DNA from: Candidatus Trichofilum aggregatum
Lineage (GTDB): Bacteria > Chloroflexota > Anaerolineae > Promineifilales > Promineifilaceae
NCBI GenBank assembly: GCA_016716885.1
Contig: JADJUV010000025.1
Span: 2,688 to 66,687 of the forward strand
Direction: 5' to 3'
DNA length: 64,000 nt
Shown here: one piece after another, positions 37,966-47,767 of the stretch
Layout of the letters: the number at the start of each line of letters is the position of its first letter
Numbering within the stretch: the first letter of the stretch is position 1
Notes under the pieces: model-generated
Seen by the model: the letters and a program-made list of their open reading frames with translations, nothing else
Told to the model about the DNA's origin: nothing
Database searches by the model: none
Made by a program: the position numbers and the translations under genes

Positions 37966-39615
37966 GTGCTTCGTCAACGTAGCCGTTTTTTCCCTCTGCT
38001 TTTAACTACACCAGCCCTGTTGTTTATAATGGGGTTGGTGTGGTATTGGCTGGCGCCTTCGTCCGCGGCCGCATCTTCAGCCACCCTTCACCCGTCTATG
38101 GGGATAACCCAGGTAATGGCCCAAACCGAGCCAACTCCGCAACCGGCCGATGATAGTGCCTGTCGGCTCTGTCACAGCGACACGACGGCCCAAATCACGT
38201 TTCCCTCTGGTGAGACGCTACCGGTTCAAGTAACCCTGGACGAGTTGGATAGTTCGGCTCACGGTCAGCACAGCGAGGCCAACCTGGCCTGTACCTCTTG
38301 CCATGCCCCGGCCGAATATCAATATCCTCATCAGCCCATTGAAGCACCGGACCTCCTTTCCTACCAGTTAGCCCAATCTCAGGCTACTTGCGAACGATGT
38401 CACCAAAACGCGCATATTACCAGCCATGAGGAAATTGATGATGTAGCTCCCGTCACCTGCGTCTCCTGCCATTCAGCCCATGATGTCCAGGTTAAAGAGG
38501 CCTGGCATGAAGGGGAAGGGGTAGAAGAGAGTTGTGTGGCCTGTCATGAGAGCAATGAGGTGGGGGTTCGCGGCCGCGCCGAACTCACTCAAGTCATCCA
38601 AAACGGCTTATTCACCACCACCGCCCCCACCAATACCTACTGTGCTTCCTGCCACAGCCTGGAAAACTTCTCGCTCACCCTTGCCAGCGGCGAACTTCTA
38701 GACCTGACCGTTACCGAGGACACCTTAGCCCATTCTGTTCATGGCGAAGGCAACGAATGGCAAGCCCTGGCCTGTGTAGATTGCCACGATGGTTATAGTT
38801 TCCCTCATGAGCCAGTCACCGCTGAAAATCTGCGTGCCTATAGCCTGGAAAAATACCCCGCTTGTGCTGAATGTCACCAACCTAAATACGATCAAGCTCA
38901 GGACAGCGTCCATGCTATCGCTCTAGAAGAAGGTACGTTGGAAGCCGCCGTTTGTACCGATTGCCACGGAGCGCATGACACCCCACCGCCCGCCGAACCC
39001 CGTGAACGCATTGCCCAAACCTGCCGCCAATGTCATAGCACCATCTTTGATGAATATGCCGAAAGCGTTCATGGCGAAGCCCTTCTCAGCGAAGGCAACG
39101 AAGATGTGCCCACCTGTACCGATTGTCACGGCGTTCATAACATTAACGACCCCACAACGGCCCTTTTCCGTGTGCGTTCCCCTGAGTTGTGTGCCAGTTG
39201 TCACGCTGACAACGAATTGATGAACAAATACGAAATCTCGACCGAGGTCTTTGATACATACGTGGCCGATTTTCACGGTACAACCGTCACACTGTTTGAG
39301 CATCAAGACCCAAACGTTGAGACTAACAAAGCGGTTTGTTACGATTGTCATGGTGTTCATGACATTCAAAAACCGGACGATCCTGAATCAGGTATCAAGA
39401 ACAACCTGCTCGAAACCTGTCGCCAATGCCATCCTGACGCCACGGAAAACTTCCCTGACTCCTGGACGAGCCACTTCCGGCCATCCCTGGATAACAACCC
39501 CCTGGTCTATCTCGTAAACTCGTTTTACTGGGTCGTGATTCCGGGAACGCTGGGGTTCTTTGGTTTTCTGGTTGTGACAGATATTTACCGGCGTTTCATT
39601 CTGCGCCGTCGTTAA
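37966..39615 (+). CDS. 14-haem c-type cytochrome with N-terminal signal/anchor and C-terminal TM helix
   Basis: Fourteen CXXCH motifs, many in repeated S-x-HG...C-x-x-CH-G-x-H modules. C-terminal LVYLVNSFYWVVIPGTLGFFGFLVVTDIYRRFILRRR. GTG start after AAGGAGA. Confidence 0.9.
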   Translation: MLRQRSRFFPLLLTTPALLFIMGLVWYWLAPSSAAASSATLHPSMGITQVMAQTEPTPQPADDSACRLCHSDTTAQITFPSGETLPVQVTLDELDSSAHGQHSEANLACTSCHAPAEYQYPHQPIEAPDLLSYQLAQSQATCERCHQNAHITSHEEIDDVAPVTCVSCHSAHDVQVKEAWHEGEGVEESCVACHESNEVGVRGRAELTQVIQNGLFTTTAPTNTYCASCHSLENFSLTLASGELLDLTVTEDTLAHSVHGEGNEWQALACVDCHDGYSFPHEPVTAENLRAYSLEKYPACAECHQPKYDQAQDSVHAIALEEGTLEAAVCTDCHGAHDTPPPAEPRERIAQTCRQCHSTIFDEYAESVHGEALLSEGNEDVPTCTDCHGVHNINDPTTALFRVRSPELCASCHADNELMNKYEISTEVFDTYVADFHGTTVTLFEHQDPNVETNKAVCYDCHGVHDIQKPDDPESGIKNNLLETCRQCHPDATENFPDSWTSHFRPSLDNNPLVYLVNSFYWVVIPGTLGFFGFLVVTDIYRRFILRRR

Positions 39616-39623
39616 GGGGAAAC

Positions 39624-40493
39624 ATGGAAAAAACTGTGCCACAACCTGCAAAAGTCTATCCACGCTTTCGCCTGGGCGCTCGCATTGAGCACTTTATCCT
39701 GATGACCTCATTCACCGTTCTGGGGGTAACCGGATTGGCGCAAAAATATGCGGTCATTGCCCCGGGCGAATGGCTCATTGATGTGATGGGTGGTATTGAG
39801 CTGACAAGATGGATTCACCGCCTGGCCGCTGTCGTTCTGGTTCTAGGGTCTGCTTATCATTTGCTGACATCTGCCTATCGTCTATTTGTGAAGCATGAAC
39901 AGATGCAAATGATTCCTGATAAGAAAGATTTGCAGGATATGCTGGATACGATTCGCTACAACCTGGGTTTGATAAAGCAGCATCCTAAAATGCGAAAGTT
40001 TAATTTTGGCGAGAAATTTGAGTATTGGGCGGTTGTTTGGGGCACGCTCATTATGGCCATTACTGGGTTTGTTTTGTGGAACCCTATCGCGTTTTCCTCA
40101 GTATTTCCTGGGCAACTTATACCGATGGCCAAAGCCGCTCATGGTGGTGAAGCGTTGTTAGCTGTGCTCGCCATTATTCTCTGGCACATGTACAACGTTC
40201 ATATTAAACATTTCAATCCCAGTATCTTTACCGGCAATCTTCCCCGTCATCAGATGGAGGAGGAACATGCCTTAGAACTGGAGCGGTTAGAGGCAGGAGA
40301 GCCACCCTGGCCCGAACTGGCTCTGCCGGTTTTGCAAAGACGCTTACGGGTTTTTGTGGTTGCTAGTATCCTGGTCAGTATTGTTGTTGTTGCTGTTGTG
40401 GTATGGGCCATCACGTTTGAAGAGACAGCTATTACGACCATACCCCGTGTAACGCGTGAAATTTTTGTCCCAGCGGGAACCACAGTCCCATAA
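39624..40493 (+). CDS. Dihaem cytochrome b membrane subunit (FdnI/HydC-like family)
   Basis: Four to five TM helices with conserved His pairs (IEHFILM, WIHRLAAVVLVLGSAYHLL, AHGGEALLAVLAIILWHMYNVH). Starts 8 nt after the upstream stop. Confidence 0.8.
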   Translation: MEKTVPQPAKVYPRFRLGARIEHFILMTSFTVLGVTGLAQKYAVIAPGEWLIDVMGGIELTRWIHRLAAVVLVLGSAYHLLTSAYRLFVKHEQMQMIPDKKDLQDMLDTIRYNLGLIKQHPKMRKFNFGEKFEYWAVVWGTLIMAITGFVLWNPIAFSSVFPGQLIPMAKAAHGGEALLAVLAIILWHMYNVHIKHFNPSIFTGNLPRHQMEEEHALELERLEAGEPPWPELALPVLQRRLRVFVVASILVSIVVVAVVVWAITFEETAITTIPRVTREIFVPAGTTVP

Positions 40494-40574
40494 ACAGTTG
40501 TTCAAGAAACTCATTTATCGGATTGAACGATTGTTTATAGTCTTGACTGCTCCCGTTTAGTAAGGAGGAAGGCA

Positions 40575-42831
40575 ATGAAGCATCACAGAATAAGGCCCTA
40601 CTTGCTAGGGGGGTTGCTTCTGCTGTTTTCTCTGATCCTGGTCGCCTGTTCCCAAGAGCCGGAAACAGTAGTTGAAACCCGAGTTGTCGAAGTTACCGTA
40701 GAAGTTCCGGGTGAAACGATTACAGAAGAGGTCGAAGTTACCCGGGTTGTGGAGGTTGCGCCAGAAGTACCGGCGGGACCTTCTGTACCGTATGAAGAGC
40801 AGTGGGCATCCTCAGCTCATGCTGACGCCAGCGCGGAAGCGTTTGTGCATTGGAATGAGGAAGACCCGGCTGAAGTGCCGGATCGGTGCGCCAAATGCCA
40901 TAGCACCCCTGGCTTCCAGGATTTCCTGGGAGCGGATGGGAGTGAAGCTGGTGTTGTGAACGCGGCCGCGCCCATCGGCTCAACCGTTGAATGTGTGGCT
41001 TGTCACAACGAAGTTGCCTCTCACCTGGATAGTGCGGTTTTCCCCTCCGGGGCTGAACTCACTGGTTTAGGGCCAGAAGCGCGTTGTATTCAGTGTCATC
41101 AGGGCCGCGCATCTACTGTACAGGTCAATGACTCCATCGCCACTGCCGGTCTGACGGAAGCGGACGAGGACGTGGTGAGTGAGGATTTGGGCTTTACCAA
41201 TATTCACTACTTCGCGGCCGCGGCTACTCAATACGGCACCTCGGTCATGGGCGGTTACGAATATGTTGGCAATGCCTACGATGCCCGTTTTGACCATGTC
41301 GAGCCATACAACACCTGCGTGGACTGTCATGATCCCCATACCCTGGAAGTCAAACTCGACGAATGTGTCGTCTGTCATGAAGGCGTTGAAGACGCTGAAG
41401 ATTTGGTAGACATCCGTATGGTTGGCTCCCTGGTCGATTATGATGGCGATGGCGATATGGAAGAAGGAGTTTACTTCGAAATCGAAGGATTGCGTGACAT
41501 GCTTTATCAAGCAATGCAAGCCTATGCTACCGAAGTTCCTGGTACAGCTATCGTTTATGACGAGGCAAACCATCCCTACTTCTTCATTGATAGCAACGGC
41601 GACGGCATTACCGATGAAGCCGAAGTCAACGGCGACAATCGCTTTCAATGCCTGGACAGCCCGTTTAGCCAAAGCGGCTTACAACTACCAGGTTTCCCTC
41701 AAGGATCCGGGTCGTTTCGCGCATGGTGGCAAATATATCATCCAGTTACTGTATGACTCTATCGAAAACCTGAATGCGGGTATGACCACCCCGGTTGACT
41801 TGACCAATGCCAATCGGCTAGATCGAGGCCACTTTGCGGCTTCCGAAGAAGCGTTCCGTCATTGGGATGGTGAAGAAGATGGTGGCATTGTGCCTGGCAC
41901 ATGTAGCCGTTGCCATTCTGCTGCTGGTCTGCCTCTGTTCGTGACCCAGGGCGTAGCCATTAATCAACCCGCTTCCGGCGGTTTGAACTGTGCCACCTGC
42001 CACAATGACCTGACCACCTTCACCCGCTATGAAGTAGCAACCGTGCCCTTCCCCAGTGGTGTCAGACTGACCAATCCGGAAGAAGACCTGGACAGCAACT
42101 TGTGTATCTCCTGTCATCAGGGCCGTGAATCTACGGCTAGTGTCAACCGATTAATCGGTGGTCTGGCCGACGATGAAGTTTCCGAAAATCTGCGCTTCTT
42201 AAATATCCATTACTTTGCCGCTGGTGCTACGCTGTTTGGCACGGAAGCGAAGGGTGCGTATGAATATGAAGGTCAGACATACGTAGGACGCAATGAGCAT
42301 GTAGGGGCGTTCAATAGCTGTAATGAATGCCATGACACCCATGCGTTGGAAGTACAGGTTGAAGAGTGTGCTGACTGCCACGAAAGTGTTGCTTCGGCGG
42401 AAGATCTGGTAAACATCCGTTTTGAGGAAAACACCATTGATTACGATGGCGATGGCGATGTTACTGAAGGTATTGCTCTGGAAATCGCAACAATGAAAGA
42501 GCAGTTGTATGCCGCCATGCAAGTGTATGCCACGGAAACCGTAGGCACCGGCATTCTCTACTCTGAGGCGGCTTATCCGTACTATTTTGCTGATGCAAAT
42601 GGTAACGGCGTGGCTGATCCCGAAGAGCTGAATAATGATGGTCGTTATAACACCTGGTCACCGCGTTTACTCCGGGCCGCGTACAATTACCAGTATGTGA
42701 CCAAGGACACAGGTGCGTTTGCTCACAATGGTCTGTATGTCTTGCAACTCCTGTATGACGGTCTAACCGACTTGGGAGCAGACACCAGTGCCATGACCCG
42801 CCCCGAAGTACCAGCGCCAGCGGCGGAATAA
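40575..42831 (+). CDS. Decahaem c-type cytochrome lipoprotein made of two tandem 5-haem modules, frame broken at TTT 41643-41645
   Basis: Lipobox LILVAC. Module 1 has CAKCH, CVACH, CIQCH, CVDCH, CVVCH; module 2 has CSRCH, CATCH, CISCH, CNECH, CADCH. ORF 40575..41756 and ORF 41422..42831 join as GDNRF|NAWTARLAKAAYNYQ, matching module 2 (NDGRYNTWSPRLLRAAYNYQ). Confidence 0.85.
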
Positions 42832-42920
42832 TTACCCTAACATTATCCCTAGTCCACTGGCTTGAAACCGGAACAGGCATACAGGTGTACGAGCCAGTGG
42901 GTTAGGGGAAAACAGAAAAT

Positions 42921-42954
42921 AAAAATGGGCACCATGTGCCCATTTTTGTTTTCT
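42921..42954 (+). terminator. Intrinsic terminator of the cytochrome operon
   Basis: AAAAATGGGCAC, loop CAT, GTGCCCATTTTTGTTTT. Perfect 8-bp GC-rich stem flanked by A and T runs. Confidence 0.85.
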
Positions 42955-43108
42955 TCCGTCTATTCATCAATGCTCTGTGCTGCTTGCTACAATTTGGCTT
43001 ATCTGACGCTTTGCGTCAAAATTACCTTTCAGGATTTATGGTTAGCACACCATCAGCGTTAGTGCTTCATGAACCTATCCCCTGCATTAACACTTGTTGG
43101 AGGCTTTG

Positions 43109-44944
43109 ATGCGCAAGAAAGTTTTGTTTGCCCTGCTTTTATTTAGCTTGTTCCTGTTGGCCGCTTGTCAGCAGGACAATAACTCCCCAGAAACGGTGGT
43201 CACCCGCATTGTGACCAGCACGAATGAAGTCGTTGTCACTGAAGTTATTACTCAGGAAACGGTGGTTACTCGTGTTGTTGTTGAAGAGCGACTCGTTACA
43301 CCTACACCTACTCCTTTGCCTGCGGGTGGTGAAATTGTTACCGCCTCTCTGGCCGATATCCGTAGTTTGAACCCGGTTCTTAGTAATGATGGTGCATCTA
43401 GCACCGTCACCAGTCAACTTTTTGTGAGCCTGTTGGCCCTTGATGCGCAGACCGGCGCCTTAATGCCGCGCGCGGCCGCGGATTGGACCGTGTCTGAGGA
43501 TGGCCTCACCTACACCTTTAACTTACGCCAGGACATTGCCTGGAGTGACGGCACGCCTCTCACCGCCGATGATGTCGCGTTTACCTTCCAGGCCATCACT
43601 ACCCCTGAGCTAAACTCTCCACACCTGGCTAACTTCGTCAATATCACCCGTTGGCAGGTGGCGAATGCGAACACCCTTGTTGTTGAACTGGGTGCACCTG
43701 ATTGCACGGCCATTTATGCGTTTAATGTGGGCCTGATTCCGGCGCACATATATAACAACGATCCCCTCAATATCCTTGATAGTGAGGAAAACCTGGCTCC
43801 AACGGTCACATCTGGGCCATTCCTTTTTGGGGAATACCAACCGGGGCAGCAGGTGCGCCTGGTGGCAAATCCGACTTATTATGCCGGGCAACCGGTCGTA
43901 AATAGTTGGACGATGAAGATTTACCCCAATGCCATTCCCATGTTGAACGATCTTTTGGCCGGAACCATTGATTACACTACCGTAGATGCGGAGTTTGTGG
44001 GGCGTGTGGAGAGTGCGATGGCGCGGGGAGCTGATGTAGAAATCAATAAGTGGTTTGTCAACGGCTTCACCTATCTGGCGTTTAATCTGGCTGATCCGGC
44101 CAATCCGCAAAATGGCTGGCTGGATGAAAATGAGGATGGCGTGTATAACCCTGGTGAACCAGTGCAGACCCAGGATCCACATCCGGTGCTGAGTGATCTG
44201 GCGGTGCGGCAGGCCATCGCCTTGGCCCTTGATTATGATGACATTATCAGTCAGGCGGTTTATGGGCAAGGTGGCCGCATTGTGGCGGATATTTCACCGG
44301 CGATTGATTGGGCTTATAATGATGCCTTGACACCCTATGAACCAGATATGACGCAGGCTGTTGCCCTGTTGGATGGGGCGGGCTGGGCCTTGGTTGAACC
44401 AGAAGATGAGGAGTTGCCCGCGATTCGGGCCAAGGGGGATGTGCCCCTGGCGCTGACGATTACTTTGAATGCGGGTAACCCTAGCCGGGAACAGGTAGCG
44501 CTGCTGGTGGCGGAGCAGTTGGGGAAACTTGGCTTTGCCATAACAGTCGAAGTTTTGCCGTTTGATGAGGCGGTGTTGAAATTGCGTAATCAGACCTTTG
44601 ACATGGCCGTGGCGGGCTGGTTAGATGTGAACCCGGAGCCGGATGATAGTAATTTTCTCTCGTACACGCAGGATACGGTAGGGATGGGTTTTAATTTCGC
44701 CTCGTATTACAATGAAGCGGTGGAAGATAATTTGGCTCGCGGCCGCAGTGTGGCTGGTTGCGCGGCCGCAGACCGGGCCTCGTTCTATCAGACAAATCAG
44801 GAACTGGTTTATCAGGACATTCCCTACATCCCCCTCTATGCTCCGCTGGTCAATGTCGTTTGGAGTACCCGGTTGCAGAACTTTCACCCCAGCGGTTGGA
44901 ACCTTTTTGCTAATGTGCATGAGTGGTATGTGATTGATCACTAA
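43109..44944 (+). CDS. ABC transporter substrate-binding lipoprotein (family 5, peptide/nickel type)
   Basis: MRKKVLFALLLFSLFLLAAC lipobox, V/T/E-rich tether, then family-5 SBP features (LNPVLSNDGASS, WSDGTPLTADDV, YTFNLRQD). No permease or ATPase genes adjacent. Confidence 0.85.
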   Translation: MRKKVLFALLLFSLFLLAACQQDNNSPETVVTRIVTSTNEVVVTEVITQETVVTRVVVEERLVTPTPTPLPAGGEIVTASLADIRSLNPVLSNDGASSTVTSQLFVSLLALDAQTGALMPRAAADWTVSEDGLTYTFNLRQDIAWSDGTPLTADDVAFTFQAITTPELNSPHLANFVNITRWQVANANTLVVELGAPDCTAIYAFNVGLIPAHIYNNDPLNILDSEENLAPTVTSGPFLFGEYQPGQQVRLVANPTYYAGQPVVNSWTMKIYPNAIPMLNDLLAGTIDYTTVDAEFVGRVESAMARGADVEINKWFVNGFTYLAFNLADPANPQNGWLDENEDGVYNPGEPVQTQDPHPVLSDLAVRQAIALALDYDDIISQAVYGQGGRIVADISPAIDWAYNDALTPYEPDMTQAVALLDGAGWALVEPEDEELPAIRAKGDVPLALTITLNAGNPSREQVALLVAEQLGKLGFAITVEVLPFDEAVLKLRNQTFDMAVAGWLDVNPEPDDSNFLSYTQDTVGMGFNFASYYNEAVEDNLARGRSVAGCAAADRASFYQTNQELVYQDIPYIPLYAPLVNVVWSTRLQNFHPSGWNLFANVHEWYVIDH

Positions 44945-45062
44945 CCCCCGAGAAGCGACGAAGCAGGGAAGAGGTGGGATGCCAAATCGCTGAGCCTTGG
45001 AACCGGCCATAACCTGAGTCCTTTGTCCTACGGGAAATAAGAGCTAGAGAGGATTTGCTTAC

Positions 45063-45539
45063 ATGGCAGACGTCAAACAAATTTTGGTGGTGGATGATCA
45101 TTTTGAGATGCTGGAGTTTATGCGGACGGTGTTGCAGCACAGCGGCCGCGACTACCAGGTATTGGCTGTTCCCTCAGCCGAAGAAGGGATGCTGGAACTG
45201 CTCCGTACTCCCTTTGATCTGCTCATTACCGATGTCCGTCTGCCCGGCATGAGCGGTTTTGATCTCATTCGCCGCGTGCGCCGCGCCCGGCCAGAATTGC
45301 CCGTGATTATGATTTCTGGGTATGGCATTGAACAAGGGCAAAAAGAAGCGGCCGCGTTGGGGGTGGTTCATTATTTTGTCAAACCCCTGGATAGTGACTT
45401 GTTGCTGCTCACGGTTCAACGAACCTTATTTGGTGAACCTGTTGGAAGAACCACCCGCGCCGGAGCCAACACCTGCGCCTGTCGCAGTTCCCTTATGCCC
45501 TCGGCCTCATCTACCGTGAGCGTTGATTGTTACCATTAA
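45063..45539 (+). CDS. CheY-like receiver-domain protein
   Basis: ILVVDDHFEMLEF, LLITDVRLPGMSG and HYFVKP receiver motifs. The C-terminal ~35 aa are of doubtful frame. Confidence 0.8.
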   Translation: MADVKQILVVDDHFEMLEFMRTVLQHSGRDYQVLAVPSAEEGMLELLRTPFDLLITDVRLPGMSGFDLIRRVRRARPELPVIMISGYGIEQGQKEAAALGVVHYFVKPLDSDLLLLTVQRTLFGEPVGRTTRAGANTCACRSSLMPSASSTVSVDCYH

Positions 45540-46810
45540 TCAGCGGTTGCACACCTTGCGCAACGAAATTAGCGCCACCTATGTTGTTCTGGCAGATGCC
45601 AGCGGCCGCATCCAAACTGATTCTGGCATGGGAAAGGGGCTGGCCCTCCTGACCTGCTCAATACCGTGGCTACCAGCCTGCGCCACAACCAGCTCCTGGC
45701 CGAGCAGTTAGGCAACCAGGATGCCATTACGCTGCAATATCAATCAGGCACGAAAGCGGAACTCTATGCCATGAGCGTAGGGGATGCCTATCAGATTCTT
45801 ATCTTTTTTACGGCGGAAACCCGCCGCGGCCGCGTAGGCACTGTCTGGGTATTCGCCCAACGTTTGGTCAAAGAGTTGCTGCCGCTACTCCCCACCAGGG
45901 CAGCGACTCCCTTTGCCCCTGCGCCTGAGGCGCCGACAATCCTCCACGAACTGTCACCCAGGCCCGAAGAGTCGCCGATTTGCCCGATTTTCCATCCAAA
46001 ACACCGCTTCTCAGGTGGAAAGAGCGCTGTCTGATCGTGTGCGCACTCCCACCCGTGCCCCCAGTTACCTCGCCAGAAGCACCCTCCCCCAACCTTGGTT
46101 CCCGCCGAATTTATCCTGGAAGCAAATGAATCAGCCGATGCCGCCACGCTGAACAACTTTTGGGATCAGGCGGTCGAAGAGAGCACGGCCGGTAATGGAG
46201 AGGCGTTCTCCTTTGCTGAGGCGATGCGTCAGGGTCTCATACCCGGTGGGTTGGTCCAGTCTCAAGAGAGTGGTGATGAGGCGGCGGAGGCGGCTCTGGC
46301 AGAATGGCTCGATTTGTCTGATGAGGCTATGCCAGATGAGATGCCGGAAGATTGGTTAGATGACGCGGCCGCGGCGGAACCTGTACCTGGTGATGGTTTA
46401 TCCTTTGCCGAAGCGATGAGCCTCGGTTTGTTGCCTGGTGAACTGACACAAGAATCATCAGGTACCCCGGATGATGCCGCTCTGGCTAATCTGTTTCCTT
46501 GGCCCCGGAAGAAGCCCTCGACCTGGATGCTTTTGGGATGAGGCCATTAACCAGAGCCGGGAAGACCGGGTCAGGCGGATTCCTTCCCCCAGGTTCAAGG
46601 GTCTCATGCAGGGGTGATGATGAGATGTCTATGGACCTGGACGCTTTGTTAAACACGCCGTAGACAGCGCGCTAGACCTGGACGCCCTTTGGGCCAGTGC
46701 GGTTACGGATGAACAAGGGGATGCGGCCGCGACCACTGGCCTTTCTCTAGCTGAAGCCGGGCGAGAAAGGGCTTTTCAAAGCGGATTCGGCCTGGGAGGA
46801 AAGCGAGTAG
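45523..46810 (+). pseudogene. Frame-hopping remnant: Roadblock/LC7-like domain followed by Pro-rich and acidic repeat modules
   Basis: Sensible peptide alternates among frames: INQRLHTLRNEISATYVVLADASGRIQTDSG, then PDLLNTVATSLRHNQLLAEQLG...ILIFFTAETRRGRVG, then repeated LDLDAFWDEAI / FSFAEAMRQGLIPG / LSFAEAMSLGLLPG / GLSLAEAGRE units. At least five frame changes or stops. Confidence 0.5.
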
Positions 46811-46815
46811 ATTGT

Positions 46816-46844
46816 TTGACACACAGACATAGCAGATGTACGAT
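46816..46844 (+). promoter_or_regulatory. Near-consensus sigma-70-type promoter upstream of the phosphoribosyltransferase gene
   Basis: TTGACA (46816-46821), 17-nt spacer, TACGAT (46839-46844). Confidence 0.5.
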
Positions 46845-46954
46845 CTTCCGATTGTTATTTTCCTAGTTTAGGCCAACTCTAGGGTGGCTAGTTACGAAAA
46901 TTATGCCTTAAGGGCAAAAGCCGTTCATTACTCCAAAAGGCGGAAATAAGCGCC

Positions 46955-47479
46955 ATGAAAAAACAGCAACCAACACGCCGTGAAGTACTTACCTGGTCCG
47001 ATGTGGATAAACTCATTGATTATCTGGTGCCACAGATTCACGGACGTTACGACTCCATGATGATCATTACCCGGGGTGGCCTCATCCCTGGGGGTTTGAT
47101 GGCTGAAGCGTTGAATATCACCTATATTCTCACGGCGTCGGTGCGTTTTCCGGCCGATTATGTGGGGACATTGCCGAGTTTGCAGGAAGAGCGGTATGCT
47201 ATCCCGGAATTTTTGCAGTTTCCCAACGATAACCTGTTGGAAGGGCGGCGTATCCTGGTGGTGGATGATGTGTGGACACGCGGCCGCAACATCGTCACCG
47301 TCGCCAGCCGCATAGACGCCGCCGGGGGTACTCCCGAAACCTGCGTCCTTCATTACAAACCCGGCTCATCCCTTTACCCCGGTCACACCCCCACCTACTA
47401 TGCCGCCGTTACCGATGCTTACATCATCTATCCCTGGGAGCTAGATCGTGGCCTGGAAATTCTGGGCGTCTGGAACTAA
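46955..47479 (+). CDS. Phosphoribosyltransferase (purine PRT type)
   Basis: PRPP-binding motif ILVVDDVWTRGRN. 174 aa. Confidence 0.8.
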   Translation: MKKQQPTRREVLTWSDVDKLIDYLVPQIHGRYDSMMIITRGGLIPGGLMAEALNITYILTASVRFPADYVGTLPSLQEERYAIPEFLQFPNDNLLEGRRILVVDDVWTRGRNIVTVASRIDAAGGTPETCVLHYKPGSSLYPGHTPTYYAAVTDAYIIYPWELDRGLEILGVWN

Positions 47480-47550
47480 CGGGCATTCACCGTCACCTCA
47501 TCTAAACTTGCCCGTTCCCTCTCTCTTTGTTACTATCCCCGCTCTACAAA

Positions 47551-47688
47551 TGTGCCCGTGGGGCCGGTGATGACTGGGTCCCTGGCGGCGGGGGCCGTCG
47601 AACCGTGTCAGGTCCGGAAGGAAGCAGCACTAAGGCGTATCCCTCGGGTGACCAGGAAAACCTGGTGATCATCGGTCTCATGGGCACA
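47551..47688 (+). ncRNA. ffs: Signal recognition particle RNA (4.5S type)
   Basis: Contains GTCAGGTCCGGAAGGAAGCAGC, identical to the universally conserved domain IV core. 5' TGTGCCCGTGG pairs with 3' CTCATGGGCACA. Followed by T7. Confidence 0.9.
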
Positions 47689-47767
47689 TTTTTTTGGTAC
47701 ACCCCAAGAATTTGAAGTTTACGACGGTTTCCCATCGTCCAACTTCAATCCCCAACCCTAAATCCGT

